A stretch of 63,351 nucleotides of DNA, filler included, from Chiloscyllium plagiosum (Eukaryota): the NCBI RefSeq assembly GCF_004010195.1. It is 3 parts of one record of this genome, joined end to end, with 100 filler letters (N's around TTAATTAATTAA, not from the genome) between each part and the next. Parts side by side here need not be neighbours in the genome. Positions count along the whole stretch, not along the records: positions 44,005 to 63,351 come from NC_057717.1; 2 more parts are not named here. One strand, given 5' to 3'. Position 1 is the stretch's first letter, and each line of letters begins with the position of its first letter. A program made the translations under genes and the position numbers. Below, in pieces: positions 47,230 to 58,769 of this stretch. A model generated the notes under the pieces. That model did not search any database. It worked only from the letters and a program-made list of their open reading frames with translations, and was not told where the DNA came from.

Positions 47230-49841
47230 GGTCTGCCTACTGAGTCAGTATGGGTGGAAATTAGGATCAGTAAGGGAGCAGTCACCTTGTTAGGGGTTTA
47301 CTACAGACCCCCCAACAGCAGCAGGGAGATTGAAGAAAGCATAGGTCAGCAGATTTTGGTAAAGAGTGAATGTAGTAGGGTTGTTGTAATGGGTGACTTT
47401 AACTTTCCCAATATTGATTGGAACCTCCTTCGAGCAGATGGTTTTGTAAGGTGTGTTCAGGAGGGTTTCCTAACTCAGCACATTGAAGCGGCCGACGAGG
47501 GGAGAGGCCATTTTGATTTTGGTGCTCGGCAATGAGCTGGGGCAGGTGTCAGATCTTGCGGTGGGAGAGCATTTTGGTGATAGTGACCACAACTGCCTCA
47601 CATTCTATATAGCCATGGAAAAGGAGAGAAGCAGGCACAATGGGAGGATATTTAATTGGGGAAAAGGAAACTATGATACTATCAGACATGAGTTGAGAAC
47701 CATGGACTGGGTGCAATTATTCCGTGGAAAGGCCATTATAGACATGTGGAGACTGTTTAAGGAACAGTTGTTGCGAGTGATGCATAAATGTGTCCCTCTG
47801 AGACAGGCAAGAAGGGGCAAGATAAAGTAACCTTGGATGACAAGAGCAGAGGAGCTACTTTTCGAAAGAAAGATGGCAGCTTACGTAAGGTGGAGGAAGG
47901 AAGGGTCTTGGTCAGCTCTAGAGGATTACAGGCAGGCGAGGAAGGAGCTCAAAAATGGCCTGAGGAGAGCCAGGAGGGGGCTGGAAAAAGGCTTGACAGG
48001 AAGGATTAGGGAGAATCCAAAGACATTTTACACGGATGTGAGGAGTAAGACAATGATCAAAGAAAGAGTAGGGCCACTCAGGGATAGCATAGGGTACTTG
48101 TGTGTAGAGTCTGAGGAGGCAGGGGAACCCCCTAAATGAGTTTTTTGCTTCTGTTGTTACTAAAGAAAAGGACCTTGTAGTGAATGAAACCATTGAGGAG
48201 CAGGTAAGCATTCTCGAACGGATACAGCTAGAGGAAGCTGATGTGCTGAACATTTTAACAAACATTAAGATTGACAAGTCGCCAGGGCCAAACCAGATTT
48301 GTCCTTGGCTGCTTGGGAAGTGAGAAATGTGATTGCTTCGCTGCTTGCGAAGATCCTTACATCCTCGGTCTCCATTGGAGTCGTACCTGAGGACTGGAGG
48401 GAGACAAATATAATTCCTCTCTTCAAGAAAGGAAATAGGGAAATCCCCGGCAATTACAGACCAGACACTTTCAAGTCTGTCGTCTGTAAGGAGTTAGAAA
48501 GGATTCTAAGGGACAGGATTTATGAGCATCTGGAAGAGCATGGCTTGATTTAATGCAATCAACACGGCTTTGTGAGGGGCAGGTCATGCCTCACAAACCT
48601 TACTGAGTTCTTTGAGGATGTTACTAGGCAAGTTGATGAGGGTCGAGCTGTGGATGTGGTGTATATGGACTTCAAGAAGGCATTTGATAAGGTTCCCCAT
48701 GGTAGGTTCATTCAGAAGGTCAGGAGGAATGGGATACAGAGGAACTTAGGTGTCTGGATACAGAATTGGTTGGCCAACAGAAGACAGCGAGTGGTAGTAG
48801 AAGGAAAATATTCTGCCTGGAAGTCAGTAGTGAGTGGTGTTCCACAGGGCTCTGTCCTTGGGCCTCTACTGTTTGTAATTTTTATTAATGACTTGGATGA
48901 GGGGATTGAAGGAGGGGTCAGCAAGTTTGCAGACGACACAAAGGTTGGAGGTGTCGTTGACAGTATAGAGGGCTGTTGATGGCTGCAACGGGACATTGAC
49001 AGGATGCAGAGATGGGCTGAGAGGTGGCAGATGGAGTTCAACCTGGATAAATGGAGGTGATGCATTTTGGAAGGTCAAATTTGAAAACTGAGTCCAGGAT
49101 TAAAGACAGGACTCTTGGCAGGGTGGAGGAACAGAGGGATCTTGGTGTGCAGGTACATAGATCCCTTAAAATGGCTACCCATGTGGACAGGGTTGTTAAG
49201 AAAGCATATGGTGTTTTGGCTTTCATTAACAGGAGGATTGTGTTTAAGAGCCGTGAGATCTTGATGCAGCTCTATAAAACTTTGGTTAGAACGCACTTGG
49301 AATACTGTGTCCAGTTCTGGTTGCCCTATTATAGGAAAGATGTGGATGCTTTGGAGAGGGTTCAGAGGAGGTTTACCAGGGTACTGCCTGGAATGGAGGG
49401 CTTATCTAACAAAGAGAGATTGATTGAGCTCTGACTTCTTTCAGTGGAATAAAGAAGTAAGGCAGGGGACCTAATTGAGGTGTACAAGATAATGAGAGTC
49501 ATAGATAGGGTTGATAGCCAGAGACTTTTTCCCAGGGCAGAAACTGTTAACACGAGAGGTCATAGTTTTAAGCTGTTTGGAGGAAAGTATAGAGGGGATG
49601 TCAGAGGCGGGTTCTTTAAGCAGAGAGTTGCGAGAGCATGGAATGCGTTGCAAGCAGCAGTTGTGGAAGCAAGGTCATTGGGGATATTTAAGTGACTGCT
49701 GGACATGCATATAGTCATAGAAATTTGAGGGGTCATACATTAGGTTTACCTTACATGAGGATCGATGATCGGCACAGCATCAAGGGCTGAAGGGCCTGTT
49801 CTGTGCTGTACTGTTCGATGTCCTATGTTCTATGTTCTATG
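47230..49841 (+). mobile_element. CR1 LINE, inverted paralog of 28978-31492
   Basis: Same motifs incl. [10 protein letters not shown] and FADD; multiple stops and frameshifts; (ATGTTCT)n tail; same flanking sequence. Confidence 0.95.
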
Positions 49842-50448
49842 AAGTGTATCTGTACCTTTCGACCATCTGCACCCTGTACTGACAGATAGTGCTCTTTCAA
49901 TACCTTAGAAACCAACCCCTCAGTATGTTTATCCCCAAAGCACCTCGANNNNNNNNNNNNNNNNNNNNNNNNNNNNNNNNNNNNNNNNNNNNNNNNNNNN
50001 NNNNNNNNNNNNNNNNNNNNNNNNNNNNNNNNNNNNNNNNNNNNNNNNNNNNNNNNNNNNNNNNNNNNNNNNNNNNNNNNNNNNNNNNNNNNNNNNNNNN
50101 NNNNNNNNNNNNNNNNNNNNNNNNNNNNNNNNNNNNNNNNNNNNNNNNNNNNNNNNNNNNNNNNNNNNNNNNNNNNNNNNNNNNNNNNNNNNNNNNNNNN
50201 NNNNNNNNNNNNNNNNNNNNNNNNNNNNNNNNNNNNNNNNNNNNNNNNNNNNNNNNNNNNNNNNNNNNNNNNNNNNNNNNNNNNNNNNNNNNNNNNNNNN
50301 NNNNNNNNNNNNNNNNNNNNNNNNNNNNNNNNNNNNNNNNNNNNNNNNNNNNNNNNNNNNNNNNNNNNNNNNNNNNNNNNNNNNNNNNNNNNNNNNNNNN
50401 NNNNNNNNNNNNNNNNNNNNNNNNNNNNNNNNNNNNNNNNNNNNNNNN

Positions 50449-51672
50449 TCCCTGATCGGCCCTACTCTTTCTTTGATCATTGTCTTACTCCTCACATACG
50501 TGTAAAATGTCTTTGGATTCTCCCTAATCCTTCCTGCCAAGCCTTTTTCCGTGCCCCCACCTGGCTCTCCTCAGGCCATGTTTGAGCTCCTTCCTCGCCT
50601 GCCTGTAATCCTCCAGAGCTGAGCAAGACCCTTGCTTCCTCCATCTTACGTAAGCAGCCTTCTTTCTTTTGAAAAGAAGCTCCTCCGCTCTCGTCATCCA
50701 AGGTTCCTTTATCTTACCCCTTCTTGCCTGTCTCAGAGGAACACTTTTATGCATCACTCGCAACAACTGTTCCTTAAACCGTCTCCACATGTCTATAATG
50801 ACCTTTCCAAGGAACAATTGCTCCAAGTCCATGCTTCCCAACTCACGTCTGATAGTATCATAGTTTCCTTTTCCCCAATTAAATATCCTCCCATTGTGCC
50901 AGCTTCTCTCCTTCTCCATGGCTATATACAACGTGAGACAGTTGTGGTCACTATCACCAAAATGCTCTCCCACCGCAAGATCTGACACCTGCCCCGGCTC
51001 ATTGCCGAGCACCAAAATCAAAACGGCCTCTCCCCTCATCGGCCGCTTCAATGTGCTGAGTTCGGAAACCCTCATGAACACACCTTACAAAAATAGCTCC
51101 TTCGAAACCATCTGCTCGAAGGAGGTTCCAATCAATATTGGGAAAGTTAAAGTCGCCCATTACAACAACCCTACTACAACAGTGTGGAAACAGGTCCTTC
51201 GGCCCAACAAGTCCACACCAACCTGTCGAAGCGCAACCCACCCATAACCTAACACTACGTGCAATTTAGCGTGACTAATTCACCTAACCTGCACATCTTT
51301 GGACTGTGGGAGGAAACCAGAGCACCCGGAGGAAACCCACGCAGACACAGGGAGAATGTGCAAACTCCACACAGTCAGTCGCCTGAGGTGGGAATTGAAA
51401 CCAGGTCTCTGGTGCTGTGAGGCAGCAGTGCTAACCACTGTGCCACCGTGCACGGTAATGTAATCTAATTCACTCTTTACCAAAATCTGCCGACATATGC
51501 TTTCTTCAATCTCCCTGCTGCTGTTGGCGGGGTGGGGGTGATGAGGGGGGGCTGTAGTAAACCCAAAATGAGGTGACTGCTCCCTTACTGTTATTAATTT
51601 CCAGCCATACTGACTCAGTAGGCAGTTCCTCCTTGACAATGGTAACTTCTGTAGCTGTGATAACCTCTCTGA
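50449..51672 (-). mobile_element. CR1 LINE paralog (partial, starts at a gap), interrupted by a SINE
   Basis: Matches 30581-31492. Confidence 0.9.
51179..51468 (-). mobile_element. HE1/V-SINE-like element inserted into CR1, with its tail in the opposite orientation
   Basis: Absent from arms A and A' (CCCTACTACA|TTCACTC empty site); duplicated at 53776-53967. Confidence 0.9.
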
Positions 51673-51713
51673 TTTCCTTTCTGAATTCATTGCATGTGGT
51701 GTCCCTCAAGGAT

Positions 51714-52030
51714 TGGACAGCACGGTGGCTCAATGGCGAGCACTGCTGCCTCACAGCACCAGGGACCCAGGTTCGATTCCAGCCTCGGGCGACTGTCTGT
51801 GTGGAGGTTGCACAATCTCCCCGTGTCTGCGTGGGTTTGCTCCGGTTTCTTCCCACAGTCCGAAGATGTGCAGGTTAAGTGAATTGGCCATGTTAAATTG
51901 CCTGTAGTGTTAGGTACATCAATCAGTGGTAAACGTAGGGGAATGGGTCTGGATGGGTTCCTCTTCGGAGGGTCGGAGTGGACTTGTTGGACCGAAGGGA
52001 CTGTTTCCACACTGTAGGGAATCTGAGGAT
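51714..52030 (+). mobile_element. HE1/V-SINE-like element (paralog of 31533)
   Basis: A/B boxes and identical flanks. Confidence 0.9.
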
Positions 52031-54212
52031 CTATCCTTGGACTCTCCTTTTTCTCACCTACATAATGCCAGGAGGTGACATTGTCGAAAAGCACTGTGTT
52101 AGGTTTCACATGTAAACTGACACTGCCCAGCTCTCCCTCGCCATCATCCCTCTCCATTACTCCACTGTTACTCAGTTATCAAACTGCTTACCACGCTCCC
52201 ACGACTCGATAAGCTGCAATTTTCTCCACTGAAACATTGAAATGGTTAAAACCATTGCCTTCAGTTGCTATTACAAATTACTTTCCCTTACTGCTGAGCC
52301 CCTCCCTCCCACTGGGAAATATCTGAGGTCGAACTACATTCTTTCTAACATTGCTGTTATATCTGACCCCAAGGTGACCTTCTGATCAGACATCCACACA
52401 ATCACAAACACCAGGAATTCCATTCTCTAAAACGTTCGTCTCCACCTCACCTCAGCTCCATTGCTACTGAAACCCCTGACCCATGTCGGTGTTGCCTTAA
52501 ACTTGACGAATTTGAAACCGAACTCTTGATTCCGTGACTGACCCAGAATCTGCTTCTTTCTGTGTTTCCTGCACAATTACCCCTGGTCCTTTTGTGGTGC
52601 AGCTTTCTACAGTTTCCACGATTTAAATAGCACTTTTCGTTTATTATCTTCTCCAAAATGACCAACTTCCCATTTTCCCAAATTAGACTCCATCTGGCAA
52701 CTTGTTGCCCCCTTCTCCTGTGCATCTCTCTCTCTTCACAATCCTCTTAGAACTTTACAGTGATGCCTTTTATGACAGATTCAAACACTCCCACCCCTCA
52801 ATTCTTCTAAACGTTTACTGGGAATCCTGGGCTGTGGGAAGCGTGCAGTGTTGCTCTGTTTTCCGTGAGACTCTATAGGATGACTGGGAGGAGCTTGCTG
52901 CCCATTGGTCAGAATGGAGACAACTTGCCCATTGCGCTGCATGAGCCTTTCACCCCCCCATGTCTTATTGATGAGGCACAGCGGCAACACGGAAGGAAAG
53001 AAAAGGAAGGAAATCCTGCTCTCCACATCTCACTGACTCTTGGATCATTCTGTCCCATCTATAAAAGATCTGCCCTGTTCAGTCACATGAAGTCCCAAGG
53101 TGAAAACTCATAGAAACCCACATACATTTCCCCCTGAACTAACTGCTGACCTCCACAAGGGGTAATGTGTACAGTCATCCTGGNNNNNNNNNNNNNNNNN
53201 NNNNNNNNNNNNNNNNNNNNNNNNNNNNNNNNNNNNNNNNNNNNNNNNNNNNNNNNNNNNNNNNNNNNNNNNNNNNNNNNNNNNNNNNNNNNNNNNNNNN
53301 NNNNNNNNNNNNNNNNNNNNNNNNNNNNNNNNNNNNNNNNNNNNNNNNNNNNNNNNNNNNNNNNNNNNNNNNNNNNNNNNNNNNNNNNNNNNNNNNNNNN
53401 NNNNNNNNNNNNNNNNNNNNNNNNNNNNNNNNNNNNNNNNNNNNNNNNNNNNNNNNNNNNNNNNNNNNNNNNNNNNNNNNNNNNNNNNNNNNNNNNNNNN
53501 NNNNNNNNNNNNNNNNNNNNNNNNNNNNNNNNNNNNNNNNNNNNNNNNNNNNNNNNNNNNNNNNNNNNNNNNNNNNNNNNNNNNNNNNNNNNNNNNNNNN
53601 NNNNNNNNNNNNNNNNNNNNNNNNNNNNNNNNNNNNNNNNNNNNNNNNNNNNNNNNNNNNNNNNNNNNNNNNNNNNNNNNNNNNNNNNNNNNNNNNNNNN
53701 NNNNNNNNNNNNNNNNNNNNNNNNNNNNNNNNNNNNNNNNNNNNNNNNNNNNNNNNNNNNNNNNNNNNNNNNNNNAATTCACCTAACCTGCACATCTTTG
53801 GACTGTGGAAGGAAACCGGAGCACCCGGAGGAAACCCACGCAGACACAGGGAGAATATGCAAACTCCACACAGTCAGTCGCCTGAGGTGGGAATTGAACC
53901 CAGGTCTATGGTGCTGTGAGGCAGCAGTGCTAACCACTGTGCCACCGTGCACTGTAATGTAATCTAATTCACTCTTTACCAAAATCTGCCGACCTATGCT
54001 TTCTTCAATCTCCCTGCTGCTGTTGGCGGGGTGGGGGTGATGAGGGGGAGCTGTAGTAAACCCCTAATGAGGTGACTGCTCCCTTACTGTTATTAATTTC
54101 CACCCATACTGACTCAGTAGGCAGGCCCTCCTTGACAATGGTAACTTCTGTAGCTGTGATAACCTCTCTGATTTCCTTTCTGAATTCATTGCATGTGGTG
54201 TCCCTCAAGGGT

Positions 54213-54520
54213 TGGCCAGCACGGTGGCTCAATGGCGAGCACTGCTGCCTCACAGCACTAGGGACGCAGGTTCGATTCCAGCCTCGGGCGACTGTCTGTG
54301 TGGAGTTTGCACAATCTCCCCGTGTCTGCGTGGGTTTGCTCCGGTTTCTTCCCACAGTCCGAAGATGTGCAGGTTAGGTGAATTGGCCATGTTAAATTGC
54401 CTGTAGTGTTAGGTACATCAATCAGTGGTAAACGTAGGGGAATGGGTCTGGATGGGTTCTTCGTCGGAGTGGACTTGTTGGACCGAAGGGACTGTTTCCA
54501 CACTGTAGGGAATCTGAGGA
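54213..54520 (+). mobile_element. HE1/V-SINE-like element (tandem-duplicate paralog)
   Basis: Same as 51714-52030. Confidence 0.9.
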
Positions 54521-57321
54521 TCTATCCTTGGACTCTCCTTTTTCTCACCTACATAATGCCAGGAGGTGACATTGTCGAAAAACACTGTGTTAGGTTTCAC
54601 ATGTAAACTGACACTGCCCAGCTCTCCCTCGCCATCATCCCTCTCCATTACTCCACTGTTACTCAGTGATCAAACTGCTTACCACGCTCCCACGACTCGA
54701 TTAGCTGCAATTTTCTCCACTGAAACATTGAAACTTTCCCTTACTGCTGAGCCCCTCCCTCCCACTGGGAAATATCTGAGGTCGAACTACATTCTTTCCA
54801 ACATTGCTGTTATATCTGACCCCAAGGTGACCTTCTGATCAGACATCCACACGATCACAAACACCAGGAATTCCATTCTCTAAAACGTTCGTCTCCACCT
54901 CACCTCAGCTCCATTGCTACTGAAACCCCTGACCCATGTCGGTGTTGCCTTAAACTTGACGAATCTGAAACCGAACTCTTGATTCCGTGACTGACCCAGA
55001 ATCTGCTGCTTTCTGTGTTTCCTGCACAATTACCCCTGGTCCCTTTGTGGTGCAACTTTCTACAGTTTCCACGATTTAAATAGAACTTTTCGTTTATTAT
55101 CTTCTCCAAAATGACCAACTTCCCATTTTCCCAAATTAGACTCCATCTGGCAACTTGTTGCCCCCTTCTCCTGTGCATCTCTCTCTCTTCACAATCCTCT
55201 TAGAACTTTACAGTGATGCCTTTTATGACAGATTCACACACTCCCACCCCCCAATTCTTCTAAACGTTTACTGGGAATCCTGGGCTGTGGGAAGCGTGCA
55301 GTGTTGCTCTGTTTTCCGTGAGACTCTATAGGATGATTGGGAGGAGCTTGCTGCCCATTGGTCAGAATGGAGACAACTTGCCCATTGCGCTGCATGAGCC
55401 TTTCACTCCCCATGTCTTATTGATGAGGCACAGCGGCAACACGGAAGGAAAGAAAAGGAAAGAAAAGGAAGGAAATCCTGCTCTCCACATCTCACTGACT
55501 TGGATCATTCTGTCCCATCTATGAAAGATCTGCCCTGTTCAGTCACATGAAGTCCCAAGGTGGAAACTCATATAAACCCACATAGATTTCCCCCTGAACT
55601 AACTGCTGACCTCCACAAGGGGTAATGTGTGCAGTCATCCTGGCCCAGGTGGAGTGGATGGTGTGAGTTTCTAACCTGAACTGACCGTGACAGATTTTAT
55701 AAACTTGTATTACAGGATACCAAAGGTGGGCATTCAGATGGTAATCTCAGTAACTGTAACGCCAAACTCTGATAGCATTACTCAATTCATCAGGACCTGG
55801 ATATTCACATTGTGCGTGAGTATTGTGTTCCAGTTAAATCCCATTTACTGCATAAAAGTTCTCCTTTAAATCATCCCATTCTCACAATAGTTCTCCTGGG
55901 CATTCAGATGGTAATCTCAGTAACTGTAACGCCAAACTGATAGCATTACTCAATTCATCAGGACCTGTATATTCACATTGTGCGTGAGTATTGTGTTCCA
56001 GTTCAATCCCATTTACTGCATAAAAGTTCTCCTTTAAATCAACCCATTCTCTCAATAGTTCTCCCCACACTTTCAATCTGTCCTGTAATCCTTGTATAAT
56101 GAGCTGATGGGTGTAAGATTTAATATTATAAAGGGTAACTTTTGTAAACCCCTCTGTCACAGCTCCCCTGAATTTCCTTTGCTACAAGGTGAACAATCTC
56201 AGTTTTCCCAGACCACTGATTCCCCAGGGTCTATTTGCTCTCTATAAGGTACACATCAGGATTGTGTTGGAACAGTGTCCACTTGCCTGCATCAGTGCAC
56301 CCCCCACCCCCCCCCCCCCCCCAGGAATGTTAAAGAATGTGAACATCCTCCAGGACAAAGCATTGTGCCTGAGTGGTGTCCCATCCACCAGCCTCAGCAT
56401 TCCCACTCTCCACCCCCGAGGCACAGTGACATCACTGTGTAAGAGGCAAAGTCAGTATTGTCCTACCAGACCATAGGGCTGATCTCTCATTAGGGAGAGA
56501 TGACTGGTGGTGGTTTAACCTGAAGGTTACCCCAGCCCAGGCAAGGAGAGAGGTTAAGAAGGAGAGTCCATCTAATGTAGATCGATATTATCTACCCAAT
56601 GTATCAGCAACAACTATATCATACAATGACTAATGTAAAAGGATATCCAAAACATGCTGCTACAATCCCCCATTCCTTGAACCATCCTGTTAAATCCCCT
56701 ATGCCCCCTCTCAGGGACCCTGCCATGCTTCCCAATGTGTGGGCGATCTCTGGTTTGCACAGACCCAGCTGCTCTGTGTTCCTGTGGGTGATGCCATCAT
56801 CAAGCACCAGTTGCACTAAACCTCACTGTCTGTGAGGGTGGGAGACATAGAATTCCCAATAGCATTTAAGACATATTTAGGTGCACACTTGTGATACCAA
56901 GATAGATGGTGCGAATGACTGTGTGTTGGAAAATGGATCAGGATAGTTCAGTGATAGTTTTCTTTACTGGCACAGACTCAATGGCCCACTGAGTCTTTTT
57001 CTGTGCTGTAACCCTCAAGACACTTATTACAGGAATATGACAGGCCACCTTTGAAACCAGATCAGAAAAAATGATAGTAGAATAGATGACACATGATTGG
57101 TCAATGTGTTTGAGAGGAAAGTGAGATGGAGAGGATTAGGAGGAAATTCTGGAGCTCGATGCAGGAATCTGAAAGGGCCGTCCTCAAGTGAGAAATAAAA
57201 ATGGGGAATCCTCAAGGCCGAAATCAAAGAAAGGCACATATCGCACAGCTTTGAGAGACTGGAGGGGATTAGAGTTAGGGCGGGATCTGAGGCTGGAGAG
57301 GGTTATTAGAGATAAGGAAGA

Positions 57322-57586
57322 TGTGGTTCTGTTCGCCGAGCTGGGAATTTGTGTTGCAGACGTTTCGTCCCCTGTCCGCTGCAGCTGGAACGGACAACCG
57401 GAAGCGGCAGATACAAACCACTATAAATGCCGGAGGAAACATCACAGAAGCGCGTCACAGGAGGCTCCCAAGCACTGAGGATGTCACCTAGACAGAGGAC
57501 GAAACATCTGCAACAGAAATTCCCAGCTCGGCGAACAGAACCACAACAATGATTACCCGAGCTACAAATCTTCTCACAAACTATGT
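57322..57586 (+). mobile_element. Second family of Penelope-like terminal element with inverted arm and hammerhead core
   Basis: About 54-bp inverted repeat 57323-57376/57491-57544; GCA-CTGAGGA-T-GTC...GAC-GAAACATC-TGC; 12-bp TSD AGATAAGGAAGA at 57310-57321 and 57587-57598; partial paralog at 34273-34343. Confidence 0.75.
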
Positions 57587-57669
57587 AGATAAGGAAGAGA
57601 TGTGAGTCTGGGTGAGGTGACAGAGATAGGGAGAGATGTGAAGAGGGAGGAATGCAGAGATAGCAAGAA

Positions 57670-58592
57670 TTAGAGTCGTAATGTTATGTAGCATGGAAAC
57701 AGACCCTGTGATCCAATTAATCCATGTCAAACATATTTCCAAACTGAGTTAATCTCACCTGCCTCCCCTTGGTCCACATGTATCCAAACATTTCCTATTA
57801 GGTACCTGTCCAAAAGGGTTTCTCGTAGAATCACTGTGGTGTGGAAACTAGCCATTTAGAGCCAGAGTCATTGAGATGTACAACATGAAAACAGACTCTT
57901 CAGTCCAACCCATCCATGCTGACCGGATAATCTAGTCCCACCTGCCAGCACCGGGCCCATATCCCTCCAAACCCTTCCTATTCATATATCCATCCAAATG
58001 CCTCTTAAATGTTGCAATTGTACGAGCCCCCACCACTTCCTCTGGCAGCTCATTCCATGCACGTACCACCCTCTGCGTGAAAAAGTTGCCCCTTCACCCT
58101 TTTTTATATCTTTTCCCTGTCACCCTAAACCTATGCCCTCTAGTTGTGGACTAGTAGCTGGAAGACTGGTGCCATTATTTGAGAAAGGTGGTAAGGAAAA
58201 GCCAGCAAACTATAGACCAGTGAGTCTGTAGTCAGTAGAAGGCAAGTTGTTGGAAGCGATTATAAGGGGCAGGATTTACATGTAATTGGAAAGACAAGAA
58301 TGATTAGAGATAGTCAGCATGACTTTGTGCATGGAAATTACTAACTTGGACTTCAGAAAGCCGTTCAGCAAGGGTCCACATAACAGACGGGTTAGCAAGT
58401 TCATCATCATAGAATATAAGGAGATGGTGGAGATGTAGATAAAAAATTGGCTGGAATGTCATAGAGTCATAGAGATATACAGCACAGAAACAGACCCTTC
58501 GGTCCAACCCGTCCATGCTGACCAGGTATCCCAACCCATTCGAGGCCTGCCTGCCAGAACCTGACCCATATCCCTTTAAACCCTTCCAATTC
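57670..58592. mobile_element. Cluster of CR1/HER1 fragments
   Basis: 3' ends on minus (57670-57815, 57865-58150, 58458-58592); RT piece on plus VPLFEKGGKEKPANYRPVSL (58165-58400). Confidence 0.8.
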
Positions 58593-58769
58593 ATGTTCCC
58601 ACCGAGAGAGGAACCTCAATTATGTGAACGAGTTGGGTGGGCACGAATTCATTCGGATAATCAATGATTCGGTGAATTGATTAAATGCCTTTCCTCTGGG
58701 GCTCAGAGTTTTCAAAGTCTGCTCCCCATTCAGGAGACTGCAGAGGCACACAGCATGATTGCCTGTGCA

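Larger units (their letters stand above)
38275..49948. repeat. Segmental duplication arm A' (inverted copy of arm A)
   Basis: 43655-43822 is the reverse complement of 35339-35505; 44005-45075 of 32992-34055; 47230-49948 of 28870-31447. Confidence 0.9.
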
